DNA of 64,000 bases from Oxalicibacterium sp. (lineage in GTDB: Bacteria; Pseudomonadota; Gammaproteobacteria; Burkholderiales; Burkholderiaceae_D), in contig NZ_DATMTD010000115.1 in NCBI RefSeq assembly GCF_035565035.1, positions 1,123 to 65,122 on the forward strand, in the 5' to 3' direction. Positions 1-13,572 of this stretch are shown here, one piece after another. The notes below the pieces were generated by a model. It saw nothing but the letters and a program-made list of their open reading frames with translations, did no database searches and was not told the origin of the DNA. Position numbers and translations under genes: made by a program. Numbering within the stretch: position 1 is the stretch's first letter; the number at the start of each line of letters is the position of its first letter.

Positions 1-359
1 GGCGCTTGCTCGACTTCGCCGGCCTGGACCGGAATCGATTCCGGCATGCCCGCCGGCGCATCGTCGGCGTGGCTGTCGCCGTTGGAAGAACGCAACGCCG
101 GCTTCTTTGCCGCCGCCAGTCGTGGATCGAGAACAAACTGCACGTCGATCGGGGCTTCCCAGAACTGGGCGGCGAGGGCGGTAATGCGGCTGGCAAACTG
201 CGCCTTGACCCAATCGAGCTTGAAACGATTCGGCGCAGCAATCCGCAACGTGCCATCCTCGTAATCGAGCGGCGCCAGCGGTTTGATCCACGCACTATAT
301 TGTTGAGGCGTCAATTCCTGCTCCAACTGGGCGGAGCAGGTCTGCCAGAAATTTTCCAT
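1..359 (-). CDS. dnaA: Chromosomal replication initiator DnaA, N-terminal part (runs off the window edge)
   Basis: Manual translation from ATG at 359: [28 protein letters not shown]...[11 protein letters not shown], DnaA domain I; divergent from rpmH as usual. Not in the ORF track. Confidence 0.95.
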   Translation of the reverse strand, partial: MENFWQTCSAQLEQELTPQQYSAWIKPLAPLDYEDGTLRIAAPNRFKLDWVKAQFASRITALAAQFWEAPIDVQFVLDPRLAAAKKPALRSSNGDSHADDAPAGMPESIPVQAGEVEQA

Positions 360-473
360 GAATCGTCTACTTGATCTTATTTATACAGGGGCTGTACTGC
401 ACTTCCCTTGGGTGGTCTAATGGTGCCTGAGGGCTCGCCACGCGTCGCGCTATTCTACCCCCGTCGGACCAAG

Positions 474-482
474 TTATCCACA
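474..482 (+). promoter_or_regulatory. Perfect DnaA box (TTATCCACA) in the dnaA-rpmH intergenic region, probably autoregulatory
   Basis: Exact 9-mer; the only perfect box seen in this intergenic region. Confidence 0.8.
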
Positions 483-534
483 GGCCGGCGGTTTATTTCA
501 AAAATCCCCACACTGGCCAAACTGCGCTAAGTAA

Positions 535-564
535 TTGACAGACAAGCGGAAAATGCTGTCTAAT
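535..564 (+). promoter_or_regulatory. Candidate sigma70 promoter for rpmH
   Basis: TTGACA (535-540), 18 bp spacer, TCTAAT (559-564). Confidence 0.45.
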
Positions 565-696
565 TCAGGGTTCACTACCCACGATGTTGGATCGTTGTGT
601 TGTCGCCATTAAAGGCATCAACCTGCGCCAGCTGCCCAGGATTTGGCGATGGGCGCGTGATGTTCCGATTTATTTTTGCCGATTAGCGAGACCACA

Positions 697-831
697 ATGA
701 AACGTACTTACCAACCTTCCGTCGTACGCCGCAAGCGCACCCACGGCTTCCGTGTCCGCATGGCTACCCGCGGTGGCCGCGCTGTGCTCAACGCACGCCG
801 CGCCAAAGGCCGCAAACGCCTCGCTGCCTAA
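697..831 (+). CDS. rpmH: 50S ribosomal protein L34
   Basis: Manual translation [44 protein letters not shown] (44 aa). Confidence 0.98.
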   Translation: MKRTYQPSVVRRKRTHGFRVRMATRGGRAVLNARRAKGRKRLAA

Positions 832-840
832 GCAGATGGC

Positions 841-1242
841 GTGACCGGCGATCGTTCGTTCGATTTTGCACGCGATCGGCGGATCGTTAAAACGGATGAA
901 TTTTCATCCGTTTTTCGTTTGCGGCCCGTATATCGCACGGCACATTTCGTCCTCTATACACGCAAGACCGATCTGCCACACGCCCGTTTGGGCGTTGTCG
1001 CCGCCAAACGCCTCGCACCCCGCGCCGTGACGCGCAATACCATCAAGCGCATGACGCGCGAACTGTTTCGACAAACGGCTTTGCCGTCCATCGACTGCAT
1101 CGTGCGCCTGTCGCAACCCGTCAATACGAAAAAAGGCCCGGCAACCAGTGTCGGCCTGAAGGCGTTGTTGCGGGAAGAATTGACGCGACTGTTCGCTTCT
1201 CAACAAATTGCGCAGCAGGGCACGCCGGGAGCAACTTCGTGA
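841..1242 (+). CDS. rnpA: Ribonuclease P protein component
   Basis: [21 protein letters not shown]-type motif; synteny after rpmH. Confidence 0.93.
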   Translation: MTGDRSFDFARDRRIVKTDEFSSVFRLRPVYRTAHFVLYTRKTDLPHARLGVVAAKRLAPRAVTRNTIKRMTRELFRQTALPSIDCIVRLSQPVNTKKGPATSVGLKALLREELTRLFASQQIAQQGTPGATS

Positions 1243-1499
1243 AGACGTTGCTCGTATTGCTGGTGCGTGTCTACCAATTGGGCATCAGCCCGTTTCTCGG
1301 CCAGAACTGCCGCTTCTATCCCAGTTGTTCTCAATATGCGATCGAAGCAATCGGCCGGCATGGCGCAATGAAGGGCGGCTGGCTATCGGCCAAGCGTCTT
1401 TGCAAATGCCACCCCTGGCATCCGGGCGGGCTTGATCCCGTACCCGAATCGTCCACCAAAACCTCCTCTTCAACCGCTTGCGGTTGCGGCCATTCCTGA
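1239..1499 (+). CDS. yidD: Membrane protein insertion efficiency factor
   Basis: [10 protein letters not shown] and [17 protein letters not shown] motifs; synteny. Confidence 0.95.
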   Translation: MKTLLVLLVRVYQLGISPFLGQNCRFYPSCSQYAIEAIGRHGAMKGGWLSAKRLCKCHPWHPGGLDPVPESSTKTSSSTACGCGHS

Positions 1500-1514
1500 A
1501 CTGAGTAAGAGATT

Positions 1515-3170
1515 ATGGATACCAAACGTACCATCCTGTGGGTTGTGTTTTCGTTTTCGCTGTTGATGCTATGGGATAGCTACAACCGCTACACCGGCAA
1601 GGAACCGTTGTTCGGCCCGTCGACCGCGCAAAAAGCACCTGCTGCGGCCGGTGCAGGCGACGCCGCCGCTCCAACCGCCAATGTGCCTGCGGCAACGACC
1701 GGCACACCAACAACCGGTGTGCCAACCGGCGATACAGCTGCCGTTAAAAACGAATCCATCGTCATCACGACCGATCTGATGAAGGCAGAAATCGATACGG
1801 CCGGCGGCGAAATCCGTCATCTGGAATTGCTGAAGCACCACGAAAGCGGTCATCCGGACAAGAACGTCGTGCTGTTCGATGCCACACCGCCACGCACCTA
1901 TCTCGGCCAGACCGGCCTGACTGGCGGCGTGTATCCAAATCACAAATCGATGTTCGTCGCACAAGCCGGTCCGCGTGACCTGGGCGATGCCAACCAGGTA
2001 CAGCTGGTCCTGACGTCGGAACAGCATGGCGTCAAGTTGATCAAGACCTTCACGTTCAAGCGCAACGATTACCGTATCGACGTCAAACATGACGTCGTCA
2101 ACAATACCGGCGCACCGATCACCCCATCGCTGTACCTGCAACTGGTGCGCGACGGTGCCAAGCTGCCGAACGAATCGATGTTCTACAGCACCTTCACGGG
2201 ACCGGCTGTGTACACCGAAGGCGATAAATTCCAGAAGGTGAAATTCGATTCGATCGAAAAGGGCAAGGACGAGCACGCGACCAAAGCCAACAACGGCTGG
2301 ATCGCCATGGTGCAGCACTACTTCGTTTCCGCCTTCATCCCGCCGGCAGATGCTCAGCGTGAAATCTACACACGCAAGCTGGGCACCGACCTGTACGCCG
2401 TCGGCACCATCCTGCCAATGGGTGCGGTCGCACCGGGTGCAACCGCATCGATGGATGCCACACTGTTCTCCGGTCCGCAGGAATCCAAACGCCTGGAAGA
2501 AGTCGCGCCCGGCTTCGAGCTGGTCAAGGATTACGGCTGGCTGACGATCATCGCACGCCCGATCTTCTGGCTGATGACACACATCCACCAGATGCTCGGC
2601 AACTGGGGCTGGACCATCATCGTGCTGACGATCGTGATCAAGCTGGCGTTCTTCCCGTTGTCCGCTGCCGGCTATCGCAGCATGGCGAAGATGAAGCTGG
2701 TCACGCCGAAAATGACCGACATCCGCACCCGCCTCAAAGGCGATCCGCAAAAGATGAATGCGGCGATGATGGAGCTGTACAAGAAAGAGAAGATCAATCC
2801 GCTCGGCGGCTGCTTCCCGATCGTGATCCAGATTCCGGTTTTCATCTCGCTGTACTGGGTGCTGCTGGCCAGCGTGGAAATGCGCAACGCGCCGTGGATC
2901 GGCTGGATTCACGATCTGGCATCGCCTGATCCTTGGTACATCCTGCCGGTGCTGATGGCGATCTCGATGTTCATCCAGACCAAGCTGAACCCGACGCCAC
3001 CGGATCCGATCCAGGCCAAGATCATGATGTTCATGCCGATTGCATTCTCGGTGATGTTCTTCTTCTTCCCGGCCGGTCTGGTGCTGTACTGGGTCGTCAA
3101 CAACATCCTGTCGATCGCACAGCAATGGGTCATTACCCGTCGTATCGGTGATGGCAAGAAGCCTGCATAA
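1515..3170 (+). CDS. yidC: Membrane protein insertase YidC
   Basis: DYGWLTII, GNWGWTIIVLT, NPLGGCFP, LYWVVNN motifs. Confidence 0.97.
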   Translation: MDTKRTILWVVFSFSLLMLWDSYNRYTGKEPLFGPSTAQKAPAAAGAGDAAAPTANVPAATTGTPTTGVPTGDTAAVKNESIVITTDLMKAEIDTAGGEIRHLELLKHHESGHPDKNVVLFDATPPRTYLGQTGLTGGVYPNHKSMFVAQAGPRDLGDANQVQLVLTSEQHGVKLIKTFTFKRNDYRIDVKHDVVNNTGAPITPSLYLQLVRDGAKLPNESMFYSTFTGPAVYTEGDKFQKVKFDSIEKGKDEHATKANNGWIAMVQHYFVSAFIPPADAQREIYTRKLGTDLYAVGTILPMGAVAPGATASMDATLFSGPQESKRLEEVAPGFELVKDYGWLTIIARPIFWLMTHIHQMLGNWGWTIIVLTIVIKLAFFPLSAAGYRSMAKMKLVTPKMTDIRTRLKGDPQKMNAAMMELYKKEKINPLGGCFPIVIQIPVFISLYWVLLASVEMRNAPWIGWIHDLASPDPWYILPVLMAISMFIQTKLNPTPPDPIQAKIMMFMPIAFSVMFFFFPAGLVLYWVVNNILSIAQQWVITRRIGDGKKPA

Positions 3171-3209
3171 CCTGACGTAGCGTGTCGGTCGCGTAATGCG
3201 ACCTGCGAT

Positions 3210-3241
3210 AAAAAAAGCCCGCGCAGTTTGCGGGCTTTTTT
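3210..3241. terminator. Bidirectional intrinsic terminator between yidC and mnmE
   Basis: A-tract, AGCCCGC-gcagttt-GCGGGCT stem-loop, T-tract. Confidence 0.85.
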
Positions 3242-3289
3242 ATTGCTGTTTAGTTGCGCTTCGCATTTGAACAAACATAGAATGACTTC

Positions 3290-7064
<3,775 letters not shown>

Positions 7065-7199
7065 TGTGCCTGTCAGGCGGCACCGCTGCTGTGTCGCTTG
7101 ATTCAAAGCGCCCGGTCAATATGGACGGCGGGCGTTTCGAGCATGTTTGCCGGCAGTTGAGTACAATTTGCGCTTCACAATCCATGACTTCCGGGCAAC

Positions 7200-8096
7200 A
7201 TGATTAAATGGACTCTCATCACGCTGTTCCTTGCCAGCGTCTGCTATACGCATTACCGCGGCAAGGTGCGACATCGCTGGCTGCGCCAGTCGACAGATCA
7301 CTCGACATTCATGGCGCCGATCAATGCGTTCATGACCCTGTTTTCCAGTCTGCCGGACAAGCCGTATCACGACGTCAACAGCTATCCGGAACTGAAAGCG
7401 CTGGCTGAACAATGGCAGGTCATTCGTGACGAAGCGATTGCGTTGCAAGGCGAGATCAAGGCATCGGCCAACATGGATGATGCGGGCTTCAACTCCTTTT
7501 TCCGCCGCGGCTGGACCCGCTTCTATCTGAAATGGTACGGCGAGAGCCATCCATCGGCCGTGCAGCGTTGCCCACGCACCGTCGCCATTCTCGATTCGAT
7601 TCCGACCATCAAGGCCGCGATGTTCACGCAATTGCCGCCGGGTGCCGATCTCGGCAAGCATCGCGATCCGTATGCCGGTTCGCTGCGTTATCACCTCGGG
7701 CTGGTGACGCCGAACGACGATCGCTGCTTCATCGATGTCGATGGCGTGCGTTACAGCTGGCGTGACGGCGAGGCAGTGATCTTCGACGAAACGTATATTC
7801 ACTGGGCAGCCAACGAGAGCGACAAGAACCGCATCATTCTGTTCTGCGATCTGGAACGCAAGATGAAGTGGCGCTGGGCACAGGCGGTCAATCACTGGTT
7901 CAGCAGCACGGTGATGGCGGCAACTGCGGCACCGAATGACATGCACGACCGCACGGGCGGCGTTAATCGTGCGTTCAAATACATCTACTCGGTACGCGCG
8001 GCATTCAAGCGCCTGAAAGCACGCAACAAATTTGCGTATTACGCGATCAAGTGGTCATTCCTGGCCGCCATCGTGGGCGGCGTCATCCTGATCTGA
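7200..8096 (+). CDS. Aspartyl/asparaginyl beta-hydroxylase family, LpxO-like lipid A hydroxylase
   Basis: HRDPYAGSLRYHLGL iron-binding motif, FDETYIH; hydrophobic anchors at both termini. Confidence 0.8.
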   Translation: MIKWTLITLFLASVCYTHYRGKVRHRWLRQSTDHSTFMAPINAFMTLFSSLPDKPYHDVNSYPELKALAEQWQVIRDEAIALQGEIKASANMDDAGFNSFFRRGWTRFYLKWYGESHPSAVQRCPRTVAILDSIPTIKAAMFTQLPPGADLGKHRDPYAGSLRYHLGLVTPNDDRCFIDVDGVRYSWRDGEAVIFDETYIHWAANESDKNRIILFCDLERKMKWRWAQAVNHWFSSTVMAATAAPNDMHDRTGGVNRAFKYIYSVRAAFKRLKARNKFAYYAIKWSFLAAIVGGVILI

Positions 8097-8183
8097 TCAA
8101 CCGTTTGCGTGCTGCAGAATGCTGGCATGCACGCAAACGTTCTCTCCCTGCGACATCCACCCTCTTCATGACGCAACATGCAA

Positions 8184-8750
8184 TCAGTTGCCTCGCTTCT
8201 CCACGAACACCGTGATCTCCTTGCTGGAGACGTAGTACGGTACGTGACGATAATCTGCAAACAGCAACCTTAATGTGTGCTTGCCCGGCGGCAGATCCAG
8301 CACGGTTTCTGTTTCTCCATTGCCGAAGTGCTTGTAATGCTGGTGCGTGTGTTCATTCGGCTTGTCGAACGGAATCGGCGCCTTGATATCGACCGGCAAC
8401 GGCATGTCGATCAGGATATGGTGATGGCCGGTATTGTCGATATTGCCGGCGGCGACAGGCGCCACGCCCATGCCGGTGACGGCAAACGCGACGCGAAACG
8501 GCGACTTCACCCGGTCGCCGTCCTTGATGTTGGTGAAGTACGCCAGCTTTTCACCGACCGGAAAAGGGCGTGTGCGTTCGCCTGCGCCGATGGTGCTGAT
8601 GATGGAATCGGTATCGACTTTTTTGTCGATATCCGCTTTTCTCGCAGGTTCGGCTGCGTAGACCTGTGCGCACTGACAGGCCAGTGCGATTGCCAGTGCG
8701 CGGGCAGTGACCGTTTGGTGGACGAACATGATTTTAGGACTCGTTTGCAT
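8184..8750 (-). CDS. DUF4399-like exported protein
   Basis: GHHHILID, HFGNGETETVLDLPPGKHTLRLLFAD pattern; signal-like N-terminus; start codon uncertain. Confidence 0.7.
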   Translation of the reverse strand: MQTSPKIMFVHQTVTARALAIALACQCAQVYAAEPARKADIDKKVDTDSIISTIGAGERTRPFPVGEKLAYFTNIKDGDRVKSPFRVAFAVTGMGVAPVAAGNIDNTGHHHILIDMPLPVDIKAPIPFDKPNEHTHQHYKHFGNGETETVLDLPPGKHTLRLLFADYRHVPYYVSSKEITVFVEKRGN

Positions 8751-8881
8751 GGAGATGTAGGGAAAGGTTGCCGGCAATAACGTTGTAAACGTTGCCAACC
8801 AGAATTTATTCCATTACACCATTATTTGCCTGTGCCGTCTGCGCACGTAATGCCTTGCACAAGCGTTGCTATGCATGACAC

Positions 8882-8920
8882 AAAAGAAAATGGCCGAGTC
8901 GAGTCGAGTCGGCCATTTCT
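8882..8920 (-). terminator. Intrinsic terminator downstream of the Lar-like gene
   Basis: AAATGGCCGA/TCGGCCATTT stem with T-rich tail on the minus strand; loop made of GAGTC repeats. Confidence 0.75.
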
Positions 8921-8946
8921 AGTTTGCTGATTGCTATGGGATTAGC

Positions 8947-9171
8947 TTAATGATGGAGTTCGGGCGCCTTCTGCTTGTTCCATGCAGCAACGGCGCTCTC
9001 GCTGTTTTTGCTTTCGCTACCGCCGCTGAAGTGAGCCGTGTTGTGACTCAATACACATTCACCATTCGTACAATGGACGTAGCTATACGGCAATTCGGAT
9101 TCAAGATAATGGGATTCTTTCAACTCTGCCCGGCTGCCGCACAGCGGACACGATTTCAGTGCTTTATCCAT
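8947..9171 (-). CDS. Small Cys-rich protein resembling the Lar restriction-alleviation family
   Basis: LKSCPLCG ... YVHCTNGEC ... SAVAAWN; strong RBS (aggagggaaag) before ATG. Confidence 0.6.
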   Translation of the reverse strand: MDKALKSCPLCGSRAELKESHYLESELPYSYVHCTNGECVLSHNTAHFSGGSESKNSESAVAAWNKQKAPELHH

Positions 9172-9358
9172 CTTTCCCTCCTAGTTTGATTTGCTTGTCA
9201 AACATGCGATTAATTCACCATCCGAGAGTTCCGCCGCTTCCTCCTGTTTTTGATCTGACGGCAGACCGATAACAGTCCACTCGATTTGATTCTAGTACAA
9301 ATTCGTTTGTGTGTATTTCAGTTGAAAACTATGCATGCGGAAGGTTTTCCGATGAGTG

Positions 9359-11194
9359 TTATCGACGATCCTCTGCACATTTGGTTTCGTCGCTGTTTTT
9401 CGGCTCGAAGTGCAGGCGACGGCCATTGATCTCCAGGTCCTTGAACTCCGGGACGACAAGCTGATAGCTGCCCGCTTGCATCGCTTCCATCATGTCCTTG
9501 CATCGAGCGCCCCGGATATAGCCTGACAATTGCCACTGACCGGTTGTCGTATTCGCCGTGAAGACGGCGATCGGGCTGTAACGATTTTCATCCTTCAACA
9601 GGATATCGGTCCGGCCATCGCCATTCAGATCGTTCAGGTATGCGTTGCAATGACGATTCTGGTAGCGCAGACATTCCGTTGCCGTCGCATCCTTGTTCCA
9701 GTCCTGTTGCAGAAAATCTTCCGGCAATGATTCCGTCTTCGGCCACACCGTCATATTTTTTACGCGCGACGCCGCGTTCGCTGCCGGATTGCCTTCGTTG
9801 CGATCCCATTTGTTTTTTCTGTTCAATGCCGTCTCGGCCAGCGTTCTGATGGTCGCCGCATCGTTGCCAGTGGTTCTGGTTTTGAGCACCTGCAACGCGT
9901 CGTTGCCGTAACGTGCGCCTTCGAATTTCAGGTAGGCGTAATCGAATTCCGCTGCGCCGACCTTGCCGCTTTCCAGTCGCGCCATCTGGCTGGCGACCGA
10001 CAGTCGTGCCGGATCCGCAATCGGTGTAAACAATGCAATCAAGACCGCCAGAATCATGAACGCCGTGATGACATTGGTCGGCGCAATACGCGCCAGCCAT
10101 GTGCCACGCTCGCATGCCGCCCACAGATAGCCGACCGCATAGCAGATTGCGATCAGCAGACCCGCCGCGGCGATGATGCGGTCATTGGTCCAGCCGTATT
10201 GTTCTACACGCAGCGTCAGCGAATAAATCGCGATCAGCACCATCGGCAGCAACAGAATGCATGCTGCCCTGGCGACAACGCGCAGCACACGTGCAATCTG
10301 CTTACCCAGTTCGCCGCTTTGAAAGGTCGCGTTGATCAGCAGCACGAGCACGGCGGTCGCACCCAGCAATACCGATGTTGCGTGGCGCGTCGCCCAGAGT
10401 GGTTCCAGCCCGACAAAAGGCAGACTCACCAGAAAACCACCGACGATCAGTGTCGTCACCGGCAACAGCCACGACATCAATACCAGCAGCAAGCCGCGAA
10501 TCCCGCGCACGATGCCTGGTCGGACATCGGTAACGTGCAACGCCGTCGCAAAAGCAAACGTGGTCACAATCACGACAAACCAGGGCTTCCCCAACAGGTC
10601 CTGCAGGAAACGAAGTTTGACCAGCATGAACAGCGCTGAACCCAGCCACAGGATCAGCCACAACACACCGGTGAACAACAATGAAAACATGATCTGAATG
10701 ATCAGTTTCCAAGATATTTCGAAATACGACGAATAGCTTGCTATGCGCCGCTTATCTGCTGCGCCGGAGAGAACCAGTGCATGTGCGATATAAAGACCGG
10801 CCGGCAGGAAGAACAGCAGCCAGCCTGAAGGCGAATATCCGGTAGATGTATTGCCGAAAAAGCGCCATTCGCCGTTCCCCATGCCGGAACGCCAGATATC
10901 GTGCAGCGTCAGCAACACGCAAACTGCAATAGCCCCCACCATCCAGATCGCAATGCGCCGCTTCTCCAGATGCCCGAGACCAGAAACGAACAGTGCCGGC
11001 ACGAACAGGAAAGTCATCACCAGCGATGCAAACAGATAGAGATGGGAGGAAGGCCAGCCGGTATGTTTCGCGGACCAGTACAGGAAATAAAGCACCACTC
11101 CCTGCAACAAGCCGGTTGCCATGCGCCATTGCGCAATGCGACTGCTCACAATCGATTGCGGTATCGACAGTTCTTCATCTGTTGCCGTATGCAT
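9359..11194 (-). CDS. Polytopic membrane protein, DUF4153-like
   Basis: Many TM segments, LRVEQYGWTNDR, DPARLSVASQMARL; RBS aggag before ATG 11194. Confidence 0.7.
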   Translation of the reverse strand: MHTATDEELSIPQSIVSSRIAQWRMATGLLQGVVLYFLYWSAKHTGWPSSHLYLFASLVMTFLFVPALFVSGLGHLEKRRIAIWMVGAIAVCVLLTLHDIWRSGMGNGEWRFFGNTSTGYSPSGWLLFFLPAGLYIAHALVLSGAADKRRIASYSSYFEISWKLIIQIMFSLLFTGVLWLILWLGSALFMLVKLRFLQDLLGKPWFVVIVTTFAFATALHVTDVRPGIVRGIRGLLLVLMSWLLPVTTLIVGGFLVSLPFVGLEPLWATRHATSVLLGATAVLVLLINATFQSGELGKQIARVLRVVARAACILLLPMVLIAIYSLTLRVEQYGWTNDRIIAAAGLLIAICYAVGYLWAACERGTWLARIAPTNVITAFMILAVLIALFTPIADPARLSVASQMARLESGKVGAAEFDYAYLKFEGARYGNDALQVLKTRTTGNDAATIRTLAETALNRKNKWDRNEGNPAANAASRVKNMTVWPKTESLPEDFLQQDWNKDATATECLRYQNRHCNAYLNDLNGDGRTDILLKDENRYSPIAVFTANTTTGQWQLSGYIRGARCKDMMEAMQAGSYQLVVPEFKDLEINGRRLHFEPKNSDETKCAEDRR

Positions 11195-11293
11195 CCGGTC
11201 TCCTCTGGGTGATCCCTGCACGAATGTGCCATGCGACTTTACGCGATTACTGAAACAATGCCATCCCTGAAACTGGGTAAGCCAGATGCAGCC

Positions 11294-12511
11294 TTAATCG
11301 CGCTGCATGCGCTGCGCGCGATAAATGCCGGTGTGCCCGGAAAAAAGATAACTGACCACGCAGGCAATGCCCGCATACGGCCCGATTGTCGGACCGAACA
11401 GTTCGATCGCCATCACGGTCGATGCAATCGGTGTATTCGACGCACCGGCAAATACCGCAACAAACCCCAATGCAGCAAGCGTCTGGAAAGGCAGTTGCAA
11501 CAGCGGCGCCAATGCGTTGCCGAGCGTGGCCCCGATATAAAACAGCGGCGTGACTTCGCCTCCCTTGAAACTGCTGCCGAGCGATACGACGGTAAACACC
11601 AGCTTGCCGATCGCATCCCATATCGGCAATGGCTGCTGGAATGCCTCATTGATGACCGGAATGCCAAGCCCGATGTAACGCTGCGAATCAAGCGCCCATA
11701 CGGCAACGGCGACCACGATACCCCCGATGAAAGGCCGCCATGGCGCGTACGCAACATGTTTCTTCATCAGGTCGCCGACGCCGTGCACGCTGCGCGCAAA
11801 CAGCATGCCGACCAGACCGAAGGCAATACCGGCGACCACCGTCGCCGCCAGGGTCGGCAACGTGATATCCGGCACGATCGCTACCGCGAAATGCATGTGA
11901 TGCACGCCCCACAGATTGCCAACCTGTTCGCCGACAATCGCCGCGAAAAAGCAGGGGAGAATCGCGTCGTAACGCATGCGGCCGACCATCAATACTTCCA
12001 GGCCGAAGATGGCACCGGCCAGCGGTGTACCGAACACCGATGCGAAACCAGCGCTGATACCTGTCATGATCAACAGACGCCGGGCCTGTTTATCCATGCG
12101 CAAGATCGGCGTCAATTGATCGGCCAGCGCTGCGCCCATCTGCACGGCGGTTCCTTCGCGTCCGACCGATGCGCCGAACAGATGCGACGTGATCGTCGCG
12201 CCAAGAATCAGCGGCGCCATGCGCAGCGGGATGATTTTTTTCGGATCATGGATTTCATCGATGATCAGGTTGTTGCCGGCTTCAACCTCCTTGCCCAGCT
12301 TCAGGTAGATCCAGGCAACGGCAAATCCGGCCAGGGGCAGGAACCAGATGATCCAGCCATGCGTTTCGCGCCATGCTGTTACCTTGTCGAGCGCAAAGAG
12401 AAAGAAAGCCGATGCCGTACCCGCGAGAGCGGCGACGACCAGCGACAACAGCAGCCATTTCAACGCATACGGCAGCAGCGCGACTTGTTCGGGATATTTT
12501 GAATTTTTCAT
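11294..12511 (-). CDS. CLC-F type fluoride/proton antiporter
   Basis: CLC-F signature motifs GNNLI, GREGT, GEVTP; fluoride riboswitch upstream; start placed at MKNSKY. Confidence 0.9.
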   Translation of the reverse strand: MKNSKYPEQVALLPYALKWLLLSLVVAALAGTASAFFLFALDKVTAWRETHGWIIWFLPLAGFAVAWIYLKLGKEVEAGNNLIIDEIHDPKKIIPLRMAPLILGATITSHLFGASVGREGTAVQMGAALADQLTPILRMDKQARRLLIMTGISAGFASVFGTPLAGAIFGLEVLMVGRMRYDAILPCFFAAIVGEQVGNLWGVHHMHFAVAIVPDITLPTLAATVVAGIAFGLVGMLFARSVHGVGDLMKKHVAYAPWRPFIGGIVVAVAVWALDSQRYIGLGIPVINEAFQQPLPIWDAIGKLVFTVVSLGSSFKGGEVTPLFYIGATLGNALAPLLQLPFQTLAALGFVAVFAGASNTPIASTVMAIELFGPTIGPYAGIACVVSYLFSGHTGIYRAQRMQRD

Positions 12512-12587
12512 GAAATCGGATGGCAGGTTGGACAACCCGGTCACGATGCGCTAACGACGAACGCCTGCAGCTCCCCGACCGGGAACA

Positions 12588-12663
12588 CTACAGGCATCAT
12601 CAGCCGCCCAGGACAAGGATGTAAGGCAGGCGGCGGTTGGGTCGGGAGGAATGCCATCTCCCG
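12588..12663 (-). ncRNA. Fluoride (crcB) riboswitch
   Basis: Minus strand reads GGAGATGGCATTCCTCC...AACCGCC...GGCGGCTGATGATGCCT, matching the family consensus; directly upstream of CLC-F. Confidence 0.92.
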
Positions 12664-12716
12664 TACAGCATGCGAATCTTAGCAGGAAGCCCTGACTGTT
12701 GTTCACAGCGAAACAG

Positions 12717-12962
12717 TCATGCGCGGAAAACATACAACAACACACACAATCCGCCGCCGACCAGATACAGCATCCCGGTACGCGAGATCGCATACGGATA
12801 CAGCATCAGTGCCACACCGATCCATTTCGGATAAGGCAATTCGGCCTTCTTGCCGTATCGATAGGCAGCGTAGCCGACGATGCCGAACAGGATGGCGCCG
12901 AACAGATAGGCCGGACTCGGCAATTGCAGACCGGCAGATTGAAGTGCGTCGAGGTTGTTCAT
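12717..12962 (-). CDS. Small hypothetical membrane protein
   Basis: 81 aa, three hydrophobic segments (SPAYLFGAILFGIVG..YGKK..LMLYPY); RBS present. Confidence 0.7.
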   Translation of the reverse strand: MNNLDALQSAGLQLPSPAYLFGAILFGIVGYAAYRYGKKAELPYPKWIGVALMLYPYAISRTGMLYLVGGGLCVLLYVFRA

Positions 12963-13117
12963 GACGATGTCCTGCATTTTCCACGAAGCATAACTCTACC
13001 CGATTAGTCGTGGCGAACGGCAACATTCGCTACGTGCATGTGCCGTTGAACGTTCGGCATGACCATACGTCCAACCTGTCCGCGTCGCATGCATGGCGAT
13101 GAATCCAGGAGCACAAA

Positions 13118-13312
13118 ATGTCCAAGGACGACTGGCACTACAAATGGGTCAAGGCGCTGGTTCATGCCGGCATTTCCGTCGAAAGCGCAGAGAATGCCTT
13201 CAAGCTCCGGTTCGGCAGCGCCGACAATATCGATACGGATGCCGATCCGCTGAGCGACGCACAGAATTTTATTGATACGCATCCGGTGGTCAAGGAACCG
13301 CGATATTTCTGA
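13118..13312 (+). CDS. Small hypothetical protein
   Basis: 64 aa ORF with RBS aggagcacaaa-ATG. Confidence 0.6.
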   Translation: MSKDDWHYKWVKALVHAGISVESAENAFKLRFGSADNIDTDADPLSDAQNFIDTHPVVKEPRYF

Positions 13313-13434
13313 ACATCTCACGATCATTCCAACTGCGTCGATATGACAGACGAATGACAAATCCTGCATACCGTCTGCCAAAAACTCTCGCATCCAAAAT
13401 AGTTGCCCTGCGTCACAACGGCGTAACAATGCCT

Positions 13435-13509
13435 CGCTATGCTTGCCTCGATACTTCTCCAAGTATTGATATTCTCTTTTGCCCGCACCGGAAGTGCGGG
13501 CTTTTTTTT
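13435..13509 (+). ncRNA. Candidate small RNA (CUCC-loop hairpin plus terminator)
   Basis: ATACTT-ctcc-AAGTAT hairpin followed by GCCCGCAC-cggaa-GTGCGGGC-T8; no convincing ORF; 5' end uncertain. Confidence 0.4.
13481..13509 (+). terminator. Intrinsic terminator
   Basis: 8-bp GC stem plus 8 T. Confidence 0.85.
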
Positions 13510-13519
13510 GCGTAACTCC

Positions 13520-13548
13520 AAAATAAAACGGCCGCCGAAGGCAGCCGT
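13520..13548 (-). terminator. Probable terminator for the asparaginase-domain gene
   Basis: ACGGC-c-GCC-gaa-GGC-a-GCCGT stem with A-tract on its left. Confidence 0.55.
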
Positions 13549-13572
13549 CACGGTCAATGCATCGCGCTTCCA

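Noticed and set aside
6-374. Plus-strand 122-aa ORF
   Set aside because: Antisense to the clear dnaA reading frame
3176-3205. REP element family
   Set aside because: Single GTAG-flanked hairpin; no further copies noticed in the window
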